Shown: positions 1-6,991 of the stretch, piece after piece
How the letters are laid out: the number at the start of each line of letters is the position of its first letter
Numbering within the stretch: the first letter of the stretch is position 1
IMG/VR virus record: IMGVR_UViG_3300005617_000584
Reading direction: 5' to 3' (one strand)
DNA length: 64,000 nt
From: an uncultured virus (IMG/VR IMGVR_UViG_3300005617_000584)
Lineage: Duplodnaviria > Heunggongvirae > Uroviricota > Caudoviricetes
Position numbers and translations under genes: made by a program
The notes under the pieces: model-generated
Told to the model about the DNA's origin: nothing
What the model saw: the letters and a program-made list of their open reading frames with translations, nothing else
Database searches by the model: none

Positions 1-540
1 AAAAGACCTCAGTACCGGGAATGGGAGCGGTCGGTGCTGGGCAACGCGTCGAAGGCCACCGGGGAAACAGCGAGCCCGATTGTTCGCTCGCGCTGGTTCG
101 ATGAGCGGCGGAGCGCTCTGAATGCCTCCAAAGCGTTCAGGGAGGCCGTGAGCTGGGTGGTAATGATTGGTCGAAGCAGGCCAATCGAATGCCCTAAGCG
201 GGACGTGATGGACTCACGGGCGGCGACTGTGGCACCTGAACACGGTCAGACGAGGCCCGACCCCGCTCCGTCGTGTTTTCCCGCTGCACTGTGGAAGGAC
301 ATAGAGAGGTGAGCCCAAGGCAGGCCGAAAGCACCTCCGAGGGAGCCTTGATCCGGGGATCTGGTGGACGTTCAATGTCCTCATGGGCGAGACCTTTGGC
401 TGTTGTGCATTGCGCCATCAACACTGGGATATATCATCACGGTAACGTGGTGGGCTCCAAGAGGCCCCAGTGCCGGGATTTGGATAGTAGGAAGCCAGTG
501 AAAGGATAACCGGTGGAATACGAGGCCGGTCAGCGGGATT
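1..540 (+). ncRNA. Large ornate structured ncRNA (GOLLD/ROOL-like candidate), probably 5'-truncated by the window edge
   Basis: No convincing ORF. Many nested helices: ggagcgg 24-30/ccgctcc 263-269; ccgtgag 146-152/ctcacgg 213-219; ctgaatgc/gcgttcag 118-140; tcccgctg 279-286/cagcggga 531-538; cactggg 422-428/cccagtg 466-472. Lies immediately upstream of a phage tRNA array. Family identity not verified. Confidence 0.6.
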
Positions 541-546
541 GTTGTC

Positions 547-716
547 GCGCTCGTAGCTCAGATGGGAGAGCAACAGCCTCTTAAGCTGAAGGTCGCTGGA
601 TTATTGTAGACTTCCAATTGGGAAGGGAGAAACAAATGGCACGGGCATCCAAGAAGTAACCGATCAGGTTCATCCTACATGCCATACCACCCGTCCAATA
701 CCAGCCGGGCGCACCA
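547..716 (+). tRNA. tRNA-Lys(CTT) interrupted by a ~94-nt insertion in the T-loop (~602-695)
   Basis: Acceptor gcgctcg 547-553 pairs with cgggcgc 706-712, followed by A-CCA 713-716. D arm gctc/gagc. Anticodon CTT at 580-582. T stem gctgg 595-599 pairs with ccagc 701-705. Removing 602-695 gives the 7-nt T-loop atcaata. Confidence 0.8.
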
Positions 717-728
717 AAAGATTTCCAC

Positions 729-804
729 GGACGAGTAGCTCAAATGGTAGAGCACCTGGCTGAAGCCCAGGGTGTACGCGGATCGATACCGCGCTCGTCC
801 ACCA
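729..804 (+). tRNA. tRNA-Phe(GAA)
   Basis: ggacgag/ctcgtcc acceptor, cctgg-ctGAAgc-ccagg, T-loop atcgata, encoded CCA. Confidence 0.92.
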
Positions 805-811
805 CTCGCTG

Positions 812-886
812 AGTCCCGTAGCCGATAGTAAGGCCCGGGTGCCATCAAATTCCAGATATGCGTAAGCTGGCCTGGACCTCGGGACT
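812..886 (+). ncRNA. tRNA-like element lacking a T arm
   Basis: agtcccg 812-818/cgggact 880-886 stem, then TA and a D-arm-like gcc-gatagtaa-ggc, then a ccggg/cctgg stem. No TTCG arm. Confidence 0.4.
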
Positions 887-890
887 ATTT

Positions 891-964
891 GGCCCCTTAG
901 CTCAGCTGGATAGAGCGTATGGCTACGAACCATAAGGCCGGGAGTTCGAATCTCTCAGGGGCCA
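891..964 (+). tRNA. tRNA-Arg(ACG)
   Basis: ggcccct/aggggcc acceptor, tatgg-ctACGaa-ccata, ttcgaat T-loop. Confidence 0.93.
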
Positions 965-973
965 CGAATCGCA

Positions 974-1114
974 GGCCCGGTCGTCTATAGCGGACATCTC
1001 CCGGACTGGGGGAAAATGGATGCCGTGCGAAGCGGCCTCCGGGCTCATTGTCAGTAGGCTGGATACCGGTCGCGCTCGTGTAAAGGGGTGACGACCCCTC
1101 AACCGGGCCAGCCA
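974..1114 (+). ncRNA. Expanded tRNA-like multibranch RNA
   Basis: ggcccgg 974-980/ccgggcc 1103-1109 stem followed by agcca. D-arm-like gtct/ggac, a 5-bp stem with 7-nt loop, extra hairpins and a terminal agggg/cccct hairpin. Confidence 0.45.
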
Positions 1115-1123
1115 GCTCTTTTC

Positions 1124-1198
1124 GCAGGAGTAGCTCCAAGGTAGAGCACCTGGCTTCCAACCAGGGGGTTGCGAGTTCGATCCTCGTCTCCTGCACCA
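1124..1198 (+). tRNA. tRNA-Gly(TCC)
   Basis: gcaggag/ctcctgc acceptor, cctgg-ctTCCaa-ccagg, CCA encoded. Confidence 0.93.
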
Positions 1199-1315
1199 AT
1201 TGACGCGGTGGGCAGACCCCCGAGTCTGCTGGTGGACGCGCACTGTACCGGGCAAGGACCACCCGAGAAACGCTCCAATGCTGCGCGCCTCAAAACGCGA
1301 CTCCGCGCCAAATTC

Positions 1316-1395
1316 GGGACGGTAGTCAAGCGGCGAAGACTCCAGGCTGTAAACCTGGCGGGAAACCTTCAGAGGTTCGAGTCCTCTCCGTCCCA
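1316..1395 (+). tRNA. tRNA-Tyr(GTA)
   Basis: gggacgg/ccgtccc acceptor, ccagg-ctGTAaa-cctgg, long variable arm, ttcgagt T-loop. Confidence 0.92.
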
Positions 1396-1401
1396 TGAAT
1401 C

Positions 1402-1474
1402 GCAGCGGTAGCTTAACGGTTAGAGCCGCCGCCCTTTAAGCGGTGTGGTCGGCGTTCGAATCGCCGCCGCTGCA
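1402..1474 (+). tRNA. tRNA-Lys(TTT), atypical C33
   Basis: gcagcgg/ccgctgc acceptor, gccgc-ccTTTaa-gcggt, ttcgaat T-loop. Confidence 0.8.
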
Positions 1475-1478
1475 CGAA

Positions 1479-1559
1479 TACGTGGGTCAGGTCGTCCGTG
1501 ATGTGAGACCTTTCCTCCTGTTTGGCCACGCATATTTCGGCAGCGGCCTGACTCACGTA
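1479..1559 (+). ncRNA. Long-stem hairpin RNA with pyrimidine-rich loop (Y-RNA/SRP-like architecture, unassigned)
   Basis: tacgtgggtcaggtcg pairs with cggcctgactcacgta; loop region contains cctttcctcctgttt. Confidence 0.45.
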
Positions 1560-1569
1560 GTGATAATAT

Positions 1570-1646
1570 TGCGGTGATGGAGCAAAAGTGGCTCGCGTGG
1601 CTCATAACCACGAGCTCATTGGCGGCAGTAGCCAACACCGCTACCA
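1570..1646 (+). tRNA. tRNA-Met(CAT), initiator-like, non-canonical T-loop
   Basis: gcggtg/caccgc with 1:72 mismatch, cgtgg-ctCATaa-ccacg, T arm ttggc-ggcagta-gccaa, ACCA end. Confidence 0.75.
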
Positions 1647-1885
1647 TTTGCGCTGAGTCAGGACGAGCCCGGTCGCTGGGCATGCGCAACCAGCAGAAGG
1701 GTGATTCAGGGTAAGCATCACGTGATTCCCTACAGCGCAATCAAACACTTCGTCGGGGGACAAGCTCAGCACAGAGCGGCCGCTCTAAGGCCCCCGGCGT
1801 TGGAGCCTTGAGCTCCACCGGGAGAGGAAGCCGAGCCGGTCTAGAACGTTCCTCCTCCGGCATTTTACACACGAGAGAGGGGACC

Positions 1886-2254
1886 ATGAGCGAGGACAAG
1901 AAAGAAGGGTGGGCGGAGTTCGAAGAGCAACTGGAGCGGATGCCCGGCTGGTCCCGCAAGGATCTCCGGGGGCTCCAGGACAAGATCAAGGAGTCCGCAG
2001 TATTCATCGGCCTGATCCCAGATGACCTCGGCTACTTCGAAGATGTACGAATGGTGCTCCAGATCGGCTACGCTGTCCTTCACGACAAGCCTCTCTATTT
2101 TGTGGTGAAACAGGGCGCGAAGATGCCCGAGTCGTTGCGCAGGCTGGCGAGCGGCGTCGAAGAGTTCAAGGCCCCGGATGATTTCGAGTACGCCATCAAG
2201 AAGCTGTTGAAGCCCGTCACGGAGAAGTACGAAGAAGACGACAAGCGCGGCTGA
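1886..2254 (+). CDS. Hypothetical protein
   Basis: ORF with purine-rich RBS (gagaggggacc) before ATG 1886 and phage-like codon usage. Confidence 0.75.
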   Translation: MSEDKKEGWAEFEEQLERMPGWSRKDLRGLQDKIKESAVFIGLIPDDLGYFEDVRMVLQIGYAVLHDKPLYFVVKQGAKMPESLRRLASGVEEFKAPDDFEYAIKKLLKPVTEKYEEDDKRG

Positions 2255-2261
2255 TGGGAAA

Positions 2262-2337
2262 GCGGACGTAGCTCTAATGGTAGAGCGTTTGCCTTGTAAG
2301 CAAAATGTTGGGCGTTCAAGTCGCTCCGTCCGCGCCA
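2262..2337 (+). tRNA. tRNA-Thr(TGT)
   Basis: gcggacg/cgtccgc acceptor, tttgc-ctTGTaa-gcaaa, CCA encoded. Confidence 0.92.
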
Positions 2338-2738
2338 TCTGCCGCTTCTGTGATCAGTTTATAAAGAAGGGCGCCACGCTGTACTGTTCTAATGCGTGCC
2401 AATGCGACTACCAGTACATGATGTGGATCGGGCATTGGCTCGCAGGCAATGCGAGTGGAGGTGTCAAGCAAGGCGCCTCGAGGTTGATTCGTCGCTACCT
2501 GATCGATCGTGATAGTGAGCAGTGTTCCGAATGTTGCTGGTCAAAAGTGAACGTAAAGACCGGCAAATGCCCAATTGAGCTTGAACACATTGATGGCAAT
2601 GCCGAGAACAATGCTCCATGGAACGTAAGGCTGTTGTGTCCAAACTGTCACGCTCTCACACCAACGTATCGCGCCCTAAACAAGGGCAACGGTAGGCAGT
2701 GGCGTAGAGAACGATATACTAGGGTAGCCCAGCGGTAG
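2277..2738 (+). CDS. HNH homing endonuclease with Zn-binding motifs, overlapping both flanking tRNAs
   Basis: CxxC...YCSNAC, CSEC, ELEHIDGNAENN...NVRLLCPNCH motifs; start codon uncertain. Confidence 0.8.
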   Translation: MVERLPCKQNVGRSSRSVRAICRFCDQFIKKGATLYCSNACQCDYQYMMWIGHWLAGNASGGVKQGASRLIRRYLIDRDSEQCSECCWSKVNVKTGKCPIELEHIDGNAENNAPWNVRLLCPNCHALTPTYRALNKGNGRQWRRERYTRVAQR

Positions 2739-2790
2739 AGGCGGTGCGCTGTTAACGCACATGTCGGAGGTTCGATCCCTCCCCCTAGTG
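2718..2790 (+). tRNA. tRNA-Asn(GTT)
   Basis: actaggg/ccctagt acceptor, gtgcg-ctGTTaa-cgcac, ttcgatc T-loop. Confidence 0.92.
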
Positions 2791-2799
2791 CCTTCGGAT

Positions 2800-2872
2800 A
2801 GGCGCATAGCTCAATTGGTAGAGCGCGAGATTCTGGATCTCGAGGTTCCTGGTTCGATTCCAGGTGCGCCCG
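2800..2872 (+). tRNA. tRNA-Gln(CTG)
   Basis: ggcgca/tgcgcc acceptor, cgaga-ttCTGga-tctcg, cctgg-ttcgatt-ccagg. Confidence 0.9.
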
Positions 2873-2882
2873 AAAGGAACGA

Positions 2883-4181
2883 ATGTCTGAACGCCCAATG
2901 ACAAACCCTGGCGGCTTTCTCGAGACCACCACCTCGACGACCGAACGTCCGCGCCCGCATGTTGAACTCCCGCAGCGCGGGCCGTTTCTCTTTCCGCCCC
3001 CCTACAATACGATCGGCATCCGCCTTACGAACGCCGACGACATGGGGGGCGCAGATAGACTTCGGGATTGTGGATACGCGTACTGGAATAACATCAATGC
3101 CCACCAGGGCCAGCCCACGCTGTTCGTGATGGTGAGCATCAAGGGCCTGGGCGCGTGCCTGTACGAGGTAAATAAAACCACCAATGCCGTGACCCCTCAT
3201 GGCCCGCTCTTCCCTCCCGGCCATCCGCTCGCGAACGAGACCGCCGAGGGCTGGTATTGGTCGTTCACTGATCCCGATGTGCTCTACGTGGCCAACGACA
3301 CGGAACTCTATCGCTATCACGTGGCGGGGCGGCGGCTCGAGCTCGTCGTCGACATTACCCCGATGCCCGTGATCCAGGAACGGACGGACGAGATTCTTCG
3401 GCAGTGGCACTCGAGTGCGGATGATCGCACCCACTCCGTCACCGTCCGCGCCGGGGAAAGTCGCGGGTGGCAAAATCTCGGCACCCTCGTCTACCGTGAG
3501 GGCGTCCCTGCGGATGTGACGTGGAACTATTTCAAGAAGACCGGTCCCCTCGACGAGTCCCACATCGATAAGAGCGGCAACTGGCTAGTCATCAAGGAAA
3601 ACATCGATCAGCGGAACGGCGAAGACAACCGCTTCATTCACGTGCCCACCCGCACCGAGTTTCAAGCGCTCCTCGATGAAAAGGGCGCCGGTGGGCACTC
3701 CGATCTCGGTTATGGCTACATGGTGTCCTGTGACAACTGGGACGTGTTCCCGAATTCGGTTCGACTGTGGAAGCTCGATGGATCGTCCCCGCAAGGCCTC
3801 GTCGTCTATCACGGGCTCAACTGGGATGCCCAGATCAATCACCCCGCTCACGGTAATGCGCGGCCGGGAGACTGGAACTCGCAGTATGCGATTGGCAGTG
3901 GGGCCTCGCGCGTGCATCTCCCGCGCGTGAATGAGATCCTCGCATTCCCGCTGAACGGGAGCCTGCAGGTGCTCGTGATCGCGCCCTGCATGACCGATCT
4001 CGATGCGCCCGGTGGAGGCGGTGTCGGACCGGATTACGATTACATCAAGCTGCCCAAGGCCAATGTGTGTCCGACCGGCGAGTTCGTTCTGTGGACGTCC
4101 AACTGTGGTGGCGAGCGGCTCGATGCGTTCCTGGTGCGCGTCCCTGGACAATTTCTAGGTGGCGCGGTTCCTCCGTGGTAA
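2883..4181 (+). CDS. Hypothetical protein, possible beta-propeller fold
   Basis: 432-aa ORF with aaggaa RBS; recurring beta-strand/turn motifs (WYWSFTDPDVLY, HIDKSGNWLV, VCPTGEFVLWTSN). Confidence 0.75.
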   Translation: MSERPMTNPGGFLETTTSTTERPRPHVELPQRGPFLFPPPYNTIGIRLTNADDMGGADRLRDCGYAYWNNINAHQGQPTLFVMVSIKGLGACLYEVNKTTNAVTPHGPLFPPGHPLANETAEGWYWSFTDPDVLYVANDTELYRYHVAGRRLELVVDITPMPVIQERTDEILRQWHSSADDRTHSVTVRAGESRGWQNLGTLVYREGVPADVTWNYFKKTGPLDESHIDKSGNWLVIKENIDQRNGEDNRFIHVPTRTEFQALLDEKGAGGHSDLGYGYMVSCDNWDVFPNSVRLWKLDGSSPQGLVVYHGLNWDAQINHPAHGNARPGDWNSQYAIGSGASRVHLPRVNEILAFPLNGSLQVLVIAPCMTDLDAPGGGGVGPDYDYIKLPKANVCPTGEFVLWTSNCGGERLDAFLVRVPGQFLGGAVPPW

Positions 4182-4203
4182 TATCCCTTAAGGAGATTCC
4201 CTC

Positions 4204-4380
4204 ATGACTCCAGCCGAACAGAAGGAAGCGGACGCGGCGAAGAAGAAGGCGGATGCGAAGTCTGGTCCGATCGATCCAGAGACTGGGCTACCAAAACCGC
4301 CTGATCCATCGTCGGAAGATGAGCAGCATCGCGCGGGGGTCGGCGACGATACCCCGGCTGGCACCACGCATTCTCATTAA
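4204..4380 (+). CDS. Small acidic hypothetical protein (58 aa)
   Basis: aggaga RBS, ATG 4204, MTPAEQKEADAAKKK..., TAA 4378-4380. Confidence 0.55.
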   Translation: MTPAEQKEADAAKKKADAKSGPIDPETGLPKPPDPSSEDEQHRAGVGDDTPAGTTHSH

Positions 4381-4381
4381 C

Positions 4382-4472
4382 CCCGGAGTACTGCGAATTG
4401 GCACAGAGGCCACACTCAAAATGTGGTGATAGGGTAACCTATTTGCGAGTTCGAATCTCGCCTCCGGGACCA
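4382..4472 (+). tRNA. tRNA-Leu(CAA)
   Basis: cccggag/ctccggg acceptor, ccaca-ctCAAaa-tgtgg, long variable arm, CCA. Confidence 0.92.
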
Positions 4473-4481
4473 CTCATATGT

Positions 4482-4571
4482 GCGCGGGTACTCGAATGGC
4501 ACAGAGGCTACGCTTAGAACGTAGTGGGGCTGACGAGGCCTTTGCGAGTTCAACTCTCGCCCCGTGCACCA
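4482..4571 (+). tRNA. tRNA-Leu(TAG)
   Basis: gcgcggg/cccgtgc acceptor, ctacg-ctTAGaa-cgtag, long variable arm, CCA. Confidence 0.92.
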
Positions 4572-4716
4572 ATTTTCTGACTGTGCGCGTCCTCTGCAGG
4601 GGAGTAATCACTAGGCCACGGCCTGGGGGAATAGTGCGGTGGCGTACCTAATGGCTAATACCCAGATAAAGTCGAGTCACTCACCGCGCACGCGTTTTTC
4701 AGAAACGGAGGGTGTC

Positions 4717-4980
4717 GTGAGCAAGAAGAAGAAATCCGCGAAGAAAATCCCGAAACGGACCAAGCAGTACTACGTGGATTTCTACGATGCGTTCGACGGC
4801 TGGGGTGGGTGGGGCATCTGGCCCGAGCGCCTCTTCAATGATCTCGAGGCGGCGCGAACGTGTAAGGAGGGACTAAACCGAACGCTCGCGATCGGGAATA
4901 AGTCCATGGGCGAGCACTACGGAATCATTTCACGGGTTCTGGGCCATGAGATCGACTGCAACTATCACGGTGCAGCGTGA
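4717..4980 (+). CDS. Hypothetical protein
   Basis: ggaggg RBS before GTG 4717; stop overlaps the next start. Confidence 0.65.
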   Translation: MSKKKKSAKKIPKRTKQYYVDFYDAFDGWGGWGIWPERLFNDLEAARTCKEGLNRTLAIGNKSMGEHYGIISRVLGHEIDCNYHGAA

Positions 4981-5252
4981 GTGCATTTGAGCTGCCAGAT
5001 CGTCAGACGTCATTAGCAGATCGTCGGACGCGAGTGTTCACCTTGCTTGCAGATGGGTTATGGCATTCCACCTCGACGATCGAGTCCCCTGATACCGGGG
5101 GATCCCAAGGAACGCGCCGCCTCCGTGAACTCCGCGCGCAAGGGATTGTCATCGAAAAGCGAAAGAAGGTGGGCAGCGATGAATACGAATACCGCCTAAA
5201 GAATGTGCATGGTCGAGTACCGCGTGTCGTCGCACAGCCAACGCTCTTCTAG
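4977..5252 (+). CDS. Small winged-HTH-like protein
   Basis: RVFTLLADGLWHST...RRLRELRAQGIVIE...YEYRL pattern. Confidence 0.6.
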   Translation: MSAFELPDRQTSLADRRTRVFTLLADGLWHSTSTIESPDTGGSQGTRRLRELRAQGIVIEKRKKVGSDEYEYRLKNVHGRVPRVVAQPTLF

Positions 5253-5258
5253 CGCTAC

Positions 5259-5468
5259 GTGTACATCGTGGTGTGGGGCACCGGCTGGAATATCTGCACG
5301 GAGCACGCCTCCGGCGACTTCTGCGACAACGACAACCTGGCGAGCCGCCGCTACGCCTACAAGACCCGTGACGAGGCGGAGCTCGCCGTGAGGAAATGCG
5401 AGCGGGATCATCCCCTCGTCATTCATCGGATATACTATGTGCGAGAGGTCAAACGACAACAACGGTGA
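5259..5468 (+). CDS. Small hypothetical protein (paralog of 29751-29954)
   Basis: Shared WG.G..CT.H...AV.KCERD...HRI motif. Confidence 0.65.
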   Translation: MYIVVWGTGWNICTEHASGDFCDNDNLASRRYAYKTRDEAELAVRKCERDHPLVIHRIYYVREVKRQQR

Positions 5469-5540
5469 TGTAGCGTAGCGGCCTAACGCATCTGCCTGTC
5501 ACGCAGAAGATCGCCGGTTCGAATCCGGTCATCACCGCCA
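5464..5540 (+). tRNA. tRNA-Asp(GTC)
   Basis: ggtgatg/catcacc acceptor, tctgc-ctGTCac-gcaga, CCA. Confidence 0.93.
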
Positions 5541-5554
5541 TTAGGAGTGCGGAC

Positions 5555-5968
5555 ATGGACATGCCACTGGTCTCACCAACCCCCGTCGATGTCATTAACT
5601 CCAACCACCTCTTCGAGATTGGCGAGTTTACGCTCCACAGTGGTGGAAAAACGAACTTCCGTATCGACTGCAGCGCCTTCACGGATTTCGAGCTCCAGGT
5701 GCTCGCGGCGTACGTGGCCACCAAGATCCCGTCCTACGGGCGCGTGGTGGGCATCCCTCGCGGTGGGATCCGCTTTGCCGAAGCCTTGACCGGGTGGGCG
5801 AAGCCGGGATCAGGTATGGTGCTGATCGCGGATGACGTCTATACCACCGGCACATCCATCGCGCAGACGCGGATGGAGTATCCGAATTCGATGGGCGTCG
5901 TGATCTTCGCACGGGGCGAACCGCCGTGGTGGGTCTTCGCAATGTTTCGAGCGGACCATTTGTCGTGA
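5555..5968 (+). CDS. Type I phosphoribosyltransferase (orotate PRTase-like)
   Basis: FTLHSGGKTNFRIDC and PRPP-binding VLIADDVYTTGTSI motifs. Confidence 0.8.
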   Translation: MDMPLVSPTPVDVINSNHLFEIGEFTLHSGGKTNFRIDCSAFTDFELQVLAAYVATKIPSYGRVVGIPRGGIRFAEALTGWAKPGSGMVLIADDVYTTGTSIAQTRMEYPNSMGVVIFARGEPPWWVFAMFRADHLS

Positions 5969-6204
5969 AGGCTGCTCCGAAGCTTCTGAGGGCTGCTAAC
6001 GATGTATGGACTTTCTTCGTTGGGCTGCGTGACGGATCTATTATTGAATTCGACTCCGCTGATGTCAACGAAGATTGGGTCACGTTACTCGACGTTGTAA
6101 TAAGATCTGGCCCGATGAAAGAAATAATCGATCCTCAGTACTTGACGCGGGGTCTTGATATCCCGATTGCAGATATTGCATGGGTTGTAGAACGAGATTC
6201 TTAA
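5965..6204 (+). CDS. Small hypothetical protein
   Basis: GTG overlapping the upstream stop; more AT-rich than neighbours. Confidence 0.5.
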   Translation: MKAAPKLLRAANDVWTFFVGLRDGSIIEFDSADVNEDWVTLLDVVIRSGPMKEIIDPQYLTRGLDIPIADIAWVVERDS

Positions 6205-6218
6205 AGTCGTGATATTCT

Positions 6219-6312
6219 GGAGGCGTGACCGGAACTGGCAACGGCCCTGTCCCGAAAACAGGTGAGCGGCCTAATACGTCGCATGTGGGTTCGACTCCTA
6301 CCGCCTCCGCCA
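6219..6312 (+). tRNA. tRNA-Ser(CGA), atypical C33
   Basis: ggaggcg/cgcctcc acceptor, cctgt-ccCGAaa-acagg, long variable arm, GCCA. Confidence 0.88.
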
Positions 6313-6319
6313 GTTACAC

Positions 6320-6393
6320 GGCGGGTATCGTCCAATGGCAGGACACGAGATTGTGGATCTCGGAACGTGGGTTCGATCCCCACTATTCGCCCA
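6320..6393 (+). tRNA. tRNA-His(GTG)
   Basis: G-1 plus gcgggta/tattcgc-C73, cgaga-ttGTGga-tctcg. Confidence 0.9.
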
Positions 6394-6407
6394 TCATGAT
6401 TAGGTTT

Positions 6408-6480
6408 GGCGTGAGAGCTGGCGACTCAGCTTGGACTCCAAATCCGAGCATGCGAGGTTCGATCCCTCGTCACGCCGCCA
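6408..6480 (+). tRNA. tRNA-Trp(CCA), atypical D arm
   Basis: ggcgtga/tcacgcc, ttgga-ctCCAaa-tccga, ttcgatc T-loop, CCA. Confidence 0.8.
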
Positions 6481-6487
6481 TCGCAGT

Positions 6488-6563
6488 GGGGACGTAGCTC
6501 CAATGGCAGAGCGGCTGCTTTGCACGCAGCGGGTTCCGAGTTCGAATCTCGGCGTCTCCACCA
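6488..6563 (+). tRNA. tRNA-Ala(TGC)
   Basis: ggggacg/cgtctcc with G3:U70, gctgc-ttTGCac-gcagc, CCA. Confidence 0.93.
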
Positions 6564-6739
6564 AACCTTTTCCTTCCTATAGAGGGAGCGTATGCCGACC
6601 CAGACCCAGGCCCAACCTTCCGAGCGTTTTTCCGTGATCTTTGGCCGGTGTCAGCGCTGCCACGAGGAGTATGTCAAGCACATCCCAATCCTGCCAGAAT
6701 TTCCTGACGAGCCATGCGGCTGCGGAGCGATGGCCGACT

Positions 6740-6991
6740 ATGGACGAGCTTCGCGTTCCTGATCGTTTCGGACGGCGCTGTTCAACGTGCCGCTACGCGA
6801 GCTCCAAACTTACTCACGTGATCTGTGCGCTGGATGACAAGCTCGAGCGCCCGATGCACGTCTGTGGTGCCTACGAGCGTTTCGTGGTGCCGATCCAGTC
6901 AGGGATGAGCATCATCGTACGGCCGCTCTTTGAATCGGCCCACGCCAAGGCGGAGGCGCTCGTGAAAAAGCTCGGCCCGCATGCCTATTGA
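6740..6991 (+). CDS. Small Cys-rich protein (CxxCxY...C...C)
   Basis: CSTCRY...ICALDD...VC; similar to 6981-7283. Confidence 0.65.
   Translation: MDELRVPDRFGRRCSTCRYASSKLTHVICALDDKLERPMHVCGAYERFVVPIQSGMSIIVRPLFESAHAKAEALVKKLGPHAY

Noticed and set aside
602..695. Hairpin ribozyme or group I/II identity for the tRNA insert (contains agaaaca and ends in c-gtc)
   Set aside because: The partner loop-B strand and helix 2 could not be placed. Too short and lacking the ends of group I or II introns. Left unassigned.
34..1740. Short ORFs called over the RNA region
   Set aside because: They overlap tRNAs and structured RNA, and lack RBS or protein motifs.
4583..4691. Group II intron 5' end (gtgcg)
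   Set aside because: The gtgcgcg simply pairs with cgcgcac about 100 nt away. No domain V and no reverse transcriptase ORF.
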